From the sequence record SRR31156797_10522: DNA of 20,000 nucleotides. The stretch is one strand, 5' to 3'. The notes beneath the pieces are model-generated. The model was given only the letters and a program-made list of their open reading frames with translations, was not told where the DNA came from and searched no databases. The position numbers were made by a program, and so were the translations under genes. Below, piece after piece: positions 1 to 8,736 of this stretch (position 1 is its first letter; every line of letters begins with the position of its first letter).

Positions 1-1
1 A

Positions 2-679
2 AATAAGAGTGAGCTTAAGAAAAATAATAGAAAAATTATACCCTATTGGTTGCTTTCCGGAGCAGGTATAGCTGCTTCTTTATTGCTATTAATTTCTGTT
101 TGGAATTCTTCGAGCGAAAATGAACACATTCAGATGCCATCACAGAAAATGGTTCAAAAAGAAAATCAGGATTTAAAAACTGACCAAGAATCGGAGGATC
201 AAAAAGAACAAATTGCTGTTAATGATGATTCTAAGAAAAATCAAATTGAAGAGTTGATAGAAAAAAAAGAAGGTATTATTTCAAAAAATCATTTAAAAGA
301 AACTAGTTCAGGATTGATTTTGTCTGAAGAAAAGACTGAAAAAGAGGAAGTTGTAAGAATTAGTTTGCCAATTGTGACTTCATCAGCTAAATTAGAATTG
401 ATTGCTAATGCAGATATTGCTAATTCAAACATTTCAGTTGTGAAGAAATCCATATCAAATAGTGGATTGTCAAAACTAGGAATGTCATGGAAATCAAGTA
501 TTCCAGATAAGAAAAAATCAAATTCATTACTATATGCGGTGGCAAAGATGGGGGTGAATAAACTTGGAGAAATAGCAGGAAAGAAGATACAATTGGAAAA
601 AAAATACGATTCAAAAACTGAAAAAACACGATTGAATTTTAATTCTGCAGGATTAGGATTCTCAACTACAGTAAAATAA
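2..679 (+). CDS. 5'-truncated single-pass membrane protein, probable anti-sigma-like partner of an ECF sigma factor lying left of the window
   Basis: The frame is open from base 2 (NKSELKKNNRKIIPYWLLSGAGIAASLLLLISVW...), so the TTG at 50 is not the real start. A basic patch, a TM helix with AAS-LLL and a charged low-complexity tail resemble proteins encoded after Bacteroidota ECF sigmas. Function is inferred. Confidence 0.6.
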   Translation, partial: NKSELKKNNRKIIPYWLLSGAGIAASLLLLISVWNSSSENEHIQMPSQKMVQKENQDLKTDQESEDQKEQIAVNDDSKKNQIEELIEKKEGIISKNHLKETSSGLILSEEKTEKEEVVRISLPIVTSSAKLELIANADIANSNISVVKKSISNSGLSKLGMSWKSSIPDKKKSNSLLYAVAKMGVNKLGEIAGKKIQLEKKYDSKTEKTRLNFNSAGLGFSTTVK

Positions 680-688
680 TTGGTAAGC

Positions 689-715
689 TGTAACTATTCT
701 GCAACAGCTTCGTCT
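689..715 (+). promoter_or_regulatory. ECF sigma-type promoter (TGTAAC-N16-CGTCT)
   Basis: TGTAAC at 689-694, a 16-nt spacer, then CGTC at 711-714, about 30 nt upstream of the ATG at 745. Matches the generic ECF -35 AAC / -10 CGT architecture. Confidence 0.65.
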
Positions 716-744
716 TACTCTTAGAAATCAGAAAATTTAACACT

Positions 745-1809
745 ATGAAAAGAATATTACTTATATTCCTGGCTTGCACAGTATGCTTGGGAACTTACGC
801 ACAGAATACTATTGATACTTTAAAAACTGATACAGTTAAGAAAAAGATCATAATTAAAGACAATTGGTCGAATAAAAAGGAGAAGGTAAAACCTGAGAAA
901 AAGAATGTTTATTATCATTCAACCAATTCAGATACAACTAAGGTTGAGTTTATGAATAAAGACCTTGTTAAGGTTGTAGAACTTGAAAATGGAGGAAAAG
1001 TAAAAGTTGGTAAGATTGGAAAATTTGCGTATCAGCAGGGGAGAGATACCACTAAAATCCGAATTGGAGGAAAACAGATTAACATTATTGATGGCTGGCA
1101 TGGAACAAGAGTAAGAATCGAAAAAGTACATCCTTGGGATCCAAATCAGGATAAATTCTTTTTAGATAAAGAACCTGAATTTAGAGGTCATTGGGCAGGT
1201 TTCGAAATGGGAGTTAATGGTTTTGCCGATGAAGATTATACTGGTTATGCTTATGATTTTATGGAATTGGATATGGCAAAATCAATAGCGGTAAATCTTA
1301 ATTTTTTGCAATATGATATAAGCTTACAAAAAGAAAGAAATACTATAGGTTTAGTAACCGGTTTAGGTTTAGAATGGAACAATTATCGTTTTGATAATGA
1401 TATTACTTTGGTTAAGGATGCTAATAGAAAAATTCAACCATTAGATTTGAATACAACCTATCCAGATTGGGATGTAAAGAAGACCAAGCTTACATCTTTG
1501 TATTTAACAGTTCCTTTACTTTTGGAGTTTCAGATTCCTGTAAAATATAAAAAGAGACGAGTTCATATGTCGGCTGGTGTTGTTGGTGGCTTAAGAATAG
1601 GTTCGCATACCAAAGTAAAACACAATGGTAAAAAGGATAAGGATCATGATGATTTTAATTTAAAAACACTTCGTTATTCTGCGCAAGCAAGAATAGGTTA
1701 TCGATCGTTGAATTTCTTTGCTACTTATGGATTAACAGAATTGTTTGATAAAAATGATGGCCCTAAATTAACTCCTTATACGGTAGGGATTACATTAATT
1801 ACATTTTAA
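745..1809 (+). CDS. Outer-membrane beta-barrel protein (porin/PorT-like family) with N-terminal extension
   Basis: Signal peptide MKRILLIFLACTVCLGTYA; amphipathic beta-strands (FRGHWAGFEMGVN, YLTVPLLLEFQ, SAGVVGGLRIGSH); C-terminal aromatic residue (LITF). Confidence 0.8.
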   Translation: MKRILLIFLACTVCLGTYAQNTIDTLKTDTVKKKIIIKDNWSNKKEKVKPEKKNVYYHSTNSDTTKVEFMNKDLVKVVELENGGKVKVGKIGKFAYQQGRDTTKIRIGGKQINIIDGWHGTRVRIEKVHPWDPNQDKFFLDKEPEFRGHWAGFEMGVNGFADEDYTGYAYDFMELDMAKSIAVNLNFLQYDISLQKERNTIGLVTGLGLEWNNYRFDNDITLVKDANRKIQPLDLNTTYPDWDVKKTKLTSLYLTVPLLLEFQIPVKYKKRRVHMSAGVVGGLRIGSHTKVKHNGKKDKDHDDFNLKTLRYSAQARIGYRSLNFFATYGLTELFDKNDGPKLTPYTVGITLITF

Positions 1810-1831
1810 TTCAGTACATAAAGTTATTTTT

Positions 1832-1874
1832 AAAGCTGCTTGAGGGATCTTTTCTTTGGGCAGCTTTTCTTTTC
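1832..1874 (+). terminator. Rho-independent terminator
   Basis: AAAGCTGCTTGAGGGA / TCTTTGGGCAGCTTT stem with G-U pairs, followed by a T-rich tail, just after the porin stop. Confidence 0.75.
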
Positions 1875-1934
1875 TATGTGTTTACAACTATTTGTCTAGT
1901 TGTTACATCTAGCATAAAATTGTATATTAGAGGC

Positions 1935-3941
1935 ATGAATAAAATGCCCCTAATATTATTAATTTTTATTTGTTCATTTATTATTTTGCCAGGAATTGCG
2001 CAGAATAAAACAAGTTTAGATAGTCTAAATGAAAGGTTTGAACGAACTGCAGGAAGAGAGAAATTAGAAACTCTTCTTGAACTTAGTAAGGAATATTGGA
2101 ATATTGATCCTGTTGAAGGTATTAAGCTTGCAAAACACGCATTAGGTACTGCACAAACTCTGGAAAGTGAAGAAGAAATTGTAAAGGCTATGTACTATTT
2201 AGGTACTGCTTATTACATCGATAATCAGTTGGATAATTCCCTTGATTATTTATTACAAGCTCACCAATTTGCTCAAACTCATAATTACGATACTAATACT
2301 GCAAATATTAGTCGTCAGCTTGCTATAGTGTACTTTGAATCAGGTAAGCTTGATAGAATGTATACTTATACAATTCAGGCATTGGACATTTATAATTCAG
2401 GTAAAGATGAATTAGGAATTGCCAGATGTCAGAATTTACTTGGCTTGTATTATAAGGGAGTTAACGAGTACGAAAAAGCAATTGAATACTTCGAGAGCAG
2501 TTTAAATCTTGGAAAAAAAATTGAAAAGACATCTTTAGTTGGATCCATTTTAAATGATGTAGGAAGTATGTATGCCGAAATGGGAGACACGATTAAGGCA
2601 ATACAAATTTACAACGAAGCAGTTCCTTATCATAAATCTAATGGTAGAAATTTTAAGAGTGGAACTTTTGAACTTACTTTAGCTGATTTGTATGTGCAAA
2701 ATGGAAAGTTGCAAAAGGCATCTCTACATTTAAAACAAGGATTTGATATCGCGAGTGATTTAAATTCTAAAAGATTGTTGAGAGATTATTATAGAATATT
2801 GGCTGATTATGAGATTAAAAAGAATAATAAATCCAATGCCTTAATTGCATATCAAAAACTTCAGGCATATGTTGATTCGGTATCTTTAGGACAGTTAAAT
2901 AATAAAATTGAAGAACTCGATTCTCGTCATGCAATAAGTATTTCGAATCAGGAAAACCAGAGGTTACGAGATAAGAATCAAACACAGGAGTTAAAAATTA
3001 CTCAACAATACATAGTCGGATTGTTAATATTTATCGTACTTCTTATTGCAATATTTATTCTTACAATTCGATATCGAAATAACTTGAAAGATAATGAATT
3101 ACTATATCTGAAAAATAGTTTGGTGAATCAACATCAGGAAGAGTTAATTGATGCAATGAAACGCATAAAAATTAGTGAAGATAAGCTCCGTTTAGCAAAC
3201 GATACAAAAGATAAGATGTTCTCTTTAATTGCTCATGATTTGCGAGGTGCAATAGGTAATATCAGCAATGGATTAAGAATGTATCTTGGTGAGGAAGATT
3301 TAAATCTATCAGAAGAAGACAAAGAGGAGTTCTTACAGGCTTTGTTTCATTCATCGGATAGTGCATACGAATTGTTAGAAAATCTTTTGTTTTGGGCTAA
3401 AAATCAAGCCTTAACTTTAACAGCGAATAAGCAAATGGTTGATGCAAGTTCTATTATCAATTCTAATATTGGTTTATTGGGCGATTTGGCTAAAATTAAA
3501 TCCATAAATCTGTTTACATCCATTAACCCGAATGTTGAAGTATTTGTTGATTGGAACATGATTAATACGGTTCTTCGCAATCTGATTTCGAATGCAATTA
3601 AATTCACGAATAAAGATGGCTCAGTTGAGATTAAGTCAGAAATAGGGCAATATTTTGTGAAAATTTCGGTGATTGATAATGGAATTGGCATGCTTCCTGA
3701 ACAAATTGAAAATATCTACGATGGAAAAACTACCGATGGAACTGCAGCTGAGAAAGGAACCGGTTTGGGCTTGACTTTATGTCGTGATTTTTTAATTAAG
3801 AATCATGGCAAAATGTTGGTCACAAGTAAGGTGGATCATGGAAGTACATTTGCATTCATTATTCCACGTAGACCGATGAATGATGAAAAATATTCTGAAT
3901 TAGTAGAAAAAGAACCACTTACTTTCTTAGTAAATAATTAA
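1935..3941 (+). CDS. TPR-repeat membrane sensor histidine kinase
   Basis: Likely start is ATG 1935 (or 1944), not GTG 1878. Signal/TM segment, several TPR helices (YYLGTAYY, NLLGLYY, NDVGSMY), TM YIVGLLIFIVLLIAIFILTI, H-box IAHDLR, N-box RNLISNAIKF, G1 DNGIGM, G2 GTGLGL. Confidence 0.9.
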   Translation: MNKMPLILLIFICSFIILPGIAQNKTSLDSLNERFERTAGREKLETLLELSKEYWNIDPVEGIKLAKHALGTAQTLESEEEIVKAMYYLGTAYYIDNQLDNSLDYLLQAHQFAQTHNYDTNTANISRQLAIVYFESGKLDRMYTYTIQALDIYNSGKDELGIARCQNLLGLYYKGVNEYEKAIEYFESSLNLGKKIEKTSLVGSILNDVGSMYAEMGDTIKAIQIYNEAVPYHKSNGRNFKSGTFELTLADLYVQNGKLQKASLHLKQGFDIASDLNSKRLLRDYYRILADYEIKKNNKSNALIAYQKLQAYVDSVSLGQLNNKIEELDSRHAISISNQENQRLRDKNQTQELKITQQYIVGLLIFIVLLIAIFILTIRYRNNLKDNELLYLKNSLVNQHQEELIDAMKRIKISEDKLRLANDTKDKMFSLIAHDLRGAIGNISNGLRMYLGEEDLNLSEEDKEEFLQALFHSSDSAYELLENLLFWAKNQALTLTANKQMVDASSIINSNIGLLGDLAKIKSINLFTSINPNVEVFVDWNMINTVLRNLISNAIKFTNKDGSVEIKSEIGQYFVKISVIDNGIGMLPEQIENIYDGKTTDGTAAEKGTGLGLTLCRDFLIKNHGKMLVTSKVDHGSTFAFIIPRRPMNDEKYSELVEKEPLTFLVNN

Positions 3942-3988
3942 ATTTAGAGCTGATAATTCACATCAGCTTAAACTAAAATTAGATACTA

Positions 3989-4699
3989 ATGAGATTATTA
4001 CTTATCAGTAATTCAACAAACCCAGGTGAAGAGTACCTGGATTATCCGAAAAATAACATCAAAGAATTCTTAGGTGAAGAACCTGTAAAGGCATTATTTA
4101 TTCCTTATGCAGGAGTAACCGTTTCTTTTGACGATTACGAAGCTAAAGTTAAGGAACGTTTCAATGAAGTAGGGCACAATGTTGTTTCTATTCATCATTT
4201 CGAAAATCCTGTAAAAGCAGTAGAAGAGGCGGAAGCAATTGTTGTTGGTGGTGGTAGCACATGGAATTTATTGCATTTAATTCACAAATACAATCTTACT
4301 GAGCCTATCCGCAACAAGGTAATTAATGAAAAAGCACCATATATTGGTTGGAGTGCAGGTTCAAATTTAACTTGCCCGACTATTAAAACAACCAACGATA
4401 TGCCAATTATTGATCCAATGGGATTCGATGCTTTAAACTTGATTCCTTTCCAAATCAATCCACATTATTTGGATAAAAATCCTGCTGGGCATGGTGGTGA
4501 AACTCGCGAGGATAGAATCAACGAGTTCATGGTTTTGAATCCTGATATGTATATTGCAGGATTGCGTGAAGCAACCATGTTTTTGGTTGAAGATGACAAT
4601 ATCAAGTTAATTGGAGATAGAAATTGTCGGATCTTTAAAAATGGTATTGAAGCCTACGAATTAAGTGCTAAAGATGATTTTAATTTTCTTTTGAAATAA
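3989..4699 (+). CDS. pepE: Dipeptidase E (peptidase S51, alpha-aspartyl dipeptidase)
   Basis: LLLISNST start, FIPYA, VGGG, catalytic GWSAG, PTIKTTNDMPI, QINPHY, GETREDRI. Confidence 0.95.
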   Translation: MRLLLISNSTNPGEEYLDYPKNNIKEFLGEEPVKALFIPYAGVTVSFDDYEAKVKERFNEVGHNVVSIHHFENPVKAVEEAEAIVVGGGSTWNLLHLIHKYNLTEPIRNKVINEKAPYIGWSAGSNLTCPTIKTTNDMPIIDPMGFDALNLIPFQINPHYLDKNPAGHGGETREDRINEFMVLNPDMYIAGLREATMFLVEDDNIKLIGDRNCRIFKNGIEAYELSAKDDFNFLLK

Positions 4700-4717
4700 A
4701 GATTTAAGAATAGCAGG

Positions 4718-4750
4718 AAGCGGTTGATTTAATTTTCAACCGCTTTTTTT
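4718..4750 (+). terminator. Rho-independent terminator after pepE
   Basis: AAGCGGTTGA / TCAACCGCTT perfect stem plus T run. Confidence 0.9.
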
Positions 4751-4762
4751 ATTTGGAATTTC

Positions 4763-4770
4763 TACCTTTG
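4763..4770 (+). promoter_or_regulatory. Bacteroidota housekeeping promoter -7 element
   Basis: TACCTTTG fits TAnnTTTG and lies 55 nt before the transporter ATG. Confidence 0.65.
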
Positions 4771-4825
4771 TCGGCTGAAAAGAACATTTCTTTTCTACAA
4801 TTTCTACTAAATCAATACATTTCTA

Positions 4826-6412
4826 ATGGATTTACTTTCGTCCACATATTTTGTTCTTTTTCTGATTGTTGCAATCGGATTTGTTGTTGGTAATATTAAA
4901 ATAAAAGGCATTTCACTTGATGTTTCGGCTGTGATATTTGTGGCTCTTGTTTTTGGACACTTTGGGGTTAGTATTCCTACCGATATTCAGAAAATTGGAC
5001 TTACTCTTTTTATCTTTACCATAGGAATTCAGGCAGGTCCAGGATTTTTCGAATCCTTTAAAAAGAATGGGAGAGAGTTGGTTGTTTTGGCATTTGTTTT
5101 AGTGGGAAGTGCATCTTTAGTGACACTAGTTTTGGCATTGGCTTTCAAAGTTGATACTGATATCGCAATTGGTTTGCTAACCGGATCCTTGACAAGTACA
5201 CCTGGTTTGGCAGCAGCAATTGAATCTACTCAATCTTCTATGGCTTCTATTGGTTACGGTATTGCTTATCCTTTTGGTGTAATTGGCGTGATTCTTTTTG
5301 TGAGAATGTACCCTAAATTAACTAAAGTGGATATCAATAAGGAAGCGAAAAAATTGGATGACGAGACTCAGCAGAATTTTCCGGAACTTTTTAATAAGAA
5401 CTTCATTGTTGAGAATGAAAATATTGTTGGCAAGAGCATACGTGAATTAAAGATCAGATCAATGACTCAAGCCAATGTTTCCAGAATAATGCATCGCGGT
5501 GAAACCATAGTTCCATTGCCTGAAACCATATTGGAAAAAGGAGATATAGTAAAACTGATTGGAACTGAGCAGGCAATTGAACAAGCTAGAATGTTGATTG
5601 GGGAACAAACCGATGAGAAAATCCCGTTAAGTCGCGATTATGTGGTTGAATCGGTATTGGTAACCAATAAACAAGTGGTAAATAAGACCATTGGACAATT
5701 GAATGTATTAGCCAATTACAATGCCAGAATTACCAGAATTCGTAGAGCGGGAATTGATATGGTTGCAAGCTCAAAATCAGAAATTCGTTTTGGCGATAAG
5801 CTAGTTGTGGCTTGTGGTACAGGTAACATTAAAAATGTTCGACATTTATTTGGTAACGATAGTAAAAAACTTTCGGATACTGATTTCTTTCCTATCGCAA
5901 CAGGAATTGTATTGGGTGTTTTAGTAGGGAAACTGAAAATTTCTTTTTCAGATGATTTTACCTTTAGTTTGGGGTTAACCGGAGGAGTATTGATGGTTGC
6001 CCTGATTTTAAGTAGAATCGGAAAAACCGGACCTATTTTGTGGACCATGTCCGGATCATCTAATCAATTACTTCGTCAGCTTGGTTTATTAATGTTTTTA
6101 GCTGTAGTAGGGACCAGTGCAGGAGCTCACTTGGTTGAGACTTTTAAAGAATCAGGCATGGCATTATTTGGCATCGGTATTGGAATCACCCTGTTGCCAA
6201 TGATTATCACTACGCTAATTGGGCATTTTGTTTTAAAAATGAATGTCTTGAATTTATTAGGTGCTTTAACAGGAAGTATGACGAGCACTCCTGGTTTGGC
6301 CGCGGTAGATGGTATGGCCGACTCAAGTGCACAATCAATAGCTTACGCAACGGTTTATCCGATTGCAATGGTGTTTTTAATTATTTGTGTGCAGATATTA
6401 AGCCTGTTGTAG
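4826..6412 (+). CDS. YidE/YbjL (AspT aspartate:alanine exchanger) family transporter with two TrkA-C domains
   Basis: Duplicated membrane domain with GSLTSTPGLAAA / GSMTSTPGLAAV and YGIAYPFG / YATVYP motifs, flanking two RCK-C domains (LEKGDIVKLIG, IRFGDKLVV). Confidence 0.92.
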   Translation: MDLLSSTYFVLFLIVAIGFVVGNIKIKGISLDVSAVIFVALVFGHFGVSIPTDIQKIGLTLFIFTIGIQAGPGFFESFKKNGRELVVLAFVLVGSASLVTLVLALAFKVDTDIAIGLLTGSLTSTPGLAAAIESTQSSMASIGYGIAYPFGVIGVILFVRMYPKLTKVDINKEAKKLDDETQQNFPELFNKNFIVENENIVGKSIRELKIRSMTQANVSRIMHRGETIVPLPETILEKGDIVKLIGTEQAIEQARMLIGEQTDEKIPLSRDYVVESVLVTNKQVVNKTIGQLNVLANYNARITRIRRAGIDMVASSKSEIRFGDKLVVACGTGNIKNVRHLFGNDSKKLSDTDFFPIATGIVLGVLVGKLKISFSDDFTFSLGLTGGVLMVALILSRIGKTGPILWTMSGSSNQLLRQLGLLMFLAVVGTSAGAHLVETFKESGMALFGIGIGITLLPMIITTLIGHFVLKMNVLNLLGALTGSMTSTPGLAAVDGMADSSAQSIAYATVYPIAMVFLIICVQILSLL

Positions 6413-6488
6413 TTTTAGTGTGCTAAATAAAAAGAAAGGTATGTCCATAAGTTGCTTGCAGAATAATCAAGTTATCTTAGGAAATTAC

Positions 6489-6762
6489 ATGCAATTACTT
6501 TAAAGGATGCAGCAAACCAATACGGACTGTCTCCAAGCTAAAATTGAAGTGTTCCAAACCCTAAGCAACACTCTTCAAGACAAAAGTGAAGCACTCCAAG
6601 CTGCTGGGCGCAAGCTGCAAGATGAGTTGAAGATCTTCCAAGAGCTGAGGAAAACCTTCCAAGACAACAGGAAAGTGTTCCAATACACCAAGGAGCTTTC
6701 TTCAAGACAGGAGGGAAGCATTCCAACCCATAGTTTTCAATCTCCAAGACAGGAAACAGGTA
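6489..6762. repeat. Degenerate 21-bp-period tandem array (11 clear units 6531-6762, plus 2 weaker upstream units); core YTYCAAG + 14 variable nt
   Basis: Unit starts at 6531, 6552, 6573, 6594, 6615, 6636, 6657, 6678, 6700, 6721, 6742; one unit is 22 nt. CAA is invariant at unit positions 4-6 and also in register in units at 6489 and 6510. Confidence 0.85.
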
Positions 6763-6801
6763 CTTATTTCATGTTTGTTAATGGTAGAGTTATTAATTAA
6801 T

Positions 6802-6833
6802 AAAAACCCCTTAAAGAAAACTTCCTTAAGGGA
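6802..6833 (-). terminator. Rho-independent terminator of xth
   Basis: The minus strand reads CCCTTAAGGAA-GTT-TTCTTTAAGGG followed by GTTTTTATT. Confidence 0.7.
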
Positions 6834-6891
6834 TATATAAATGGTTAATTGTTTTGATTAAGAGTGAGTAAGGATAAGTAACAAGAATTAT

Positions 6892-7659
6892 TTAAAAATC
6901 CATCTCAACAACAATTGGGCAATGGTCAGAATGAACTACATCGGCTAAAATAGAAGCGCCATTCAATTTATTCTCCAAACTTTCAGTAACCATGTGGTAA
7001 TCGATTCTCCAGCCTAAGTTTTTGCCACGAGAGCCTGCTCTGTAACTCCACCAACTGTATTTGTCAGGTGATTGATCGAAAACGCGGAAGGTATCAATAA
7101 AACCACTTTCAATAAATTGACTCACCCATTCTCGCTCTTCAGGAAGAAAACCAGAAACATTTTTCTTTTTCTCAGGTCTGCTAATATCAATAGGTTTATG
7201 GCAGATGTTATAATCGCCACCAATTACCAAATTAGGTCGTTCAATTTTCAGTTTATTGATGTACTCCTGAAAATAAGCAAGCCACTCCATTTTATAATCC
7301 TGTCTTGGACCTCCGGTTGTCCCCGATGGATGATAGGTACTAAAAACCGAAATGTCTCCAAAATCGGCTCTTATTGCTCTTCCTTCAACATCATATTTTG
7401 GATTGTCAACTCCAGTAACAACAGCATCTGGTTTTTCCTTGCTAAGGATTCCAACGCCACTGTAGCCTTTTTTCTCTGCAGAAAACCAATAGCAGTGATA
7501 TCCCAATTCTTCGAATAGATGAGATTCAATTTGCTCTGGTTGAGCTTTGGTTTCCTGAATTAATAGTATATCCGGATCTTCCTTCTTTAGCCAGCCAATT
7601 AAGTCTTTGCCCAAAGCAGCTCTGATACCGTTAACATTATAGCTTATTATTTTTCGCAT
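6892..7659 (-). CDS. xth: Exodeoxyribonuclease III (AP endonuclease)
   Basis: Start at ATG 7659 (MRKIISYNVNGIRA); motifs QETK, GYSGV, GDYN, YSWWSYR, GWRIDY, SDHCP. Confidence 0.96.
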   Translation of the reverse strand: MRKIISYNVNGIRAALGKDLIGWLKKEDPDILLIQETKAQPEQIESHLFEELGYHCYWFSAEKKGYSGVGILSKEKPDAVVTGVDNPKYDVEGRAIRADFGDISVFSTYHPSGTTGGPRQDYKMEWLAYFQEYINKLKIERPNLVIGGDYNICHKPIDISRPEKKKNVSGFLPEEREWVSQFIESGFIDTFRVFDQSPDKYSWWSYRAGSRGKNLGWRIDYHMVTESLENKLNGASILADVVHSDHCPIVVEMDF

Positions 7660-7782
7660 AATTGTATTTTTTAGAAAGATTAAAGATAATAATCTATTGG
7701 GAAAAGCCCTGAAATTGGAAGAAGTCTGAAACTTACACAAATCTTTAAGGCTTTAGACGGTAGATAATTGCTTGGAATCAAC

Positions 7783-7790
7783 TATTTTTG
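7783..7790 (+). promoter_or_regulatory. Bacteroidota -7 promoter element for rsgA
   Basis: TATTTTTG 19 nt before TTG 7810, supporting that start over 7768. A divergent TATCTTTA variant for xth sits at 7681-7688 on the minus strand. Confidence 0.55.
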
Positions 7791-7809
7791 TAAAAAAAAC
7801 GGAGCTACA

Positions 7810-8736
7810 TTGAAAGAAGGACTGGTAATAAAATCGACAGGAAGTTGGTATACGGTAAAAACCGATGATGGTGAAATTCACAATTGCCGAATAAAAGGGC
7901 GATTTAGAATGGATGGAATTCGAACAACGAATCCTGTTTCGGTTGGCGATAAAGTAGAATTTGAAGAAGATAAGGAATCGAAAGTGATTGTAAAGATTCG
8001 GGATCGAAAGAATTACATCATTCGAAAATCCTCGAATCTATCGAAACACAGTCAGATTATAGCTTCGAATGTTGATCAGGCATTTTTAATTGTTACCGTT
8101 AATTATCCATTAACAACAACAACTTTTATCGATCGATTTTTGGCTGCTGCCGAAGCTTATAGAATTCCGGTTCGATTGATTTTTAATAAGATTGATAGAT
8201 ATCGTCCAAATGACATGGATCGTCTTGATGAATTAAAAGGCATTTATGAAAAAATTGGATACAAATGTTTTGAGATATCTGCAAAGAATGGAACACATTT
8301 GGATATCATTCGCGAAACATTGAAGGATCAGATCAACCTGCTTTCAGGTCATTCTGGTGTAGGAAAATCAACTTTAATTAATGCAATTCAGCCAGGATTA
8401 GATCTGAAAACAGGCGAAATTTCTGAAGCTCATTCGCAAGGAAAACATACTACCACTTTTTCAGAGATGTTTGAACTCGATTTTGGCGGATACATTATTG
8501 ATACACCAGGGATTAGAGGCTTTGGAACAATTGATATGGCAAAAGAGGAAATGTCACATTTCTTTCCAGAAATATTCAAAGCTTCAGAGAATTGTCAGTT
8601 CAACAATTGCAGCCATATTCACGAACCAAAGTGCGCCGTTAAAAAAGATGTTGAATCAGGAGAAATTAGCATCACCCGTTACGAAAGTTATCTGGGAATG
8701 GTAATGGAGGATGAGGATAGCAAATACAGAATCTAA
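7810..8736 (+). CDS. rsgA: Ribosome small subunit-dependent GTPase A
   Basis: OB-fold start ([11 protein letters not shown]); circularly permuted GTPase motifs [23 protein letters not shown]; Zn motif [14 protein letters not shown]. Likely TTG start at 7810. Confidence 0.96.
   Translation: MKEGLVIKSTGSWYTVKTDDGEIHNCRIKGRFRMDGIRTTNPVSVGDKVEFEEDKESKVIVKIRDRKNYIIRKSSNLSKHSQIIASNVDQAFLIVTVNYPLTTTTFIDRFLAAAEAYRIPVRLIFNKIDRYRPNDMDRLDELKGIYEKIGYKCFEISAKNGTHLDIIRETLKDQINLLSGHSGVGKSTLINAIQPGLDLKTGEISEAHSQGKHTTTFSEMFELDFGGYIIDTPGIRGFGTIDMAKEEMSHFFPEIFKASENCQFNNCSHIHEPKCAVKKDVESGEISITRYESYLGMVMEDEDSKYRI

Larger units (their letters stand above)
6441..6840 (+). pseudogene. Possible disrupted heptad-repeat (L/F-Q-D-x-x-x-x) coiled-coil ORF overlying the 21-bp array
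   Basis: ATG 6441 is in frame with ORF 6507 but is interrupted by TAA at 6501-6503. A 1-nt insertion near 6697-6699 shifts the heptads (LQDRREA FQPIVFN LQDRKQV) into another frame ending at TAA 6838-6840. Coding status is uncertain. Confidence 0.35.

Noticed and set aside
258-300. A-runs in the first CDS as phase-variable tracts
   Set aside because: The runs are short, the frame is intact, and they are expected from Lys/Glu codons in AT-rich DNA.
6538-6747. Minus-strand 69-aa ORF over the array
   Set aside because: It crosses the same 1-nt register shift, the in-register minus frame has a stop, and it lies beyond the xth terminator.
6531-6762. CRISPR array interpretation of the 21-bp repeats
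   Set aside because: The conserved core is only about 7 nt and degenerate, the spacers are 14 nt, and no cas genes are present.
7660-7809. Long N-terminal extensions of xth (start 7740) and rsgA (start 7768); similarly 1878 and 18294
   Set aside because: Family homology begins at the downstream starts, and for xth and rsgA promoter elements fall inside the extensions. These are ORF-caller artefacts.
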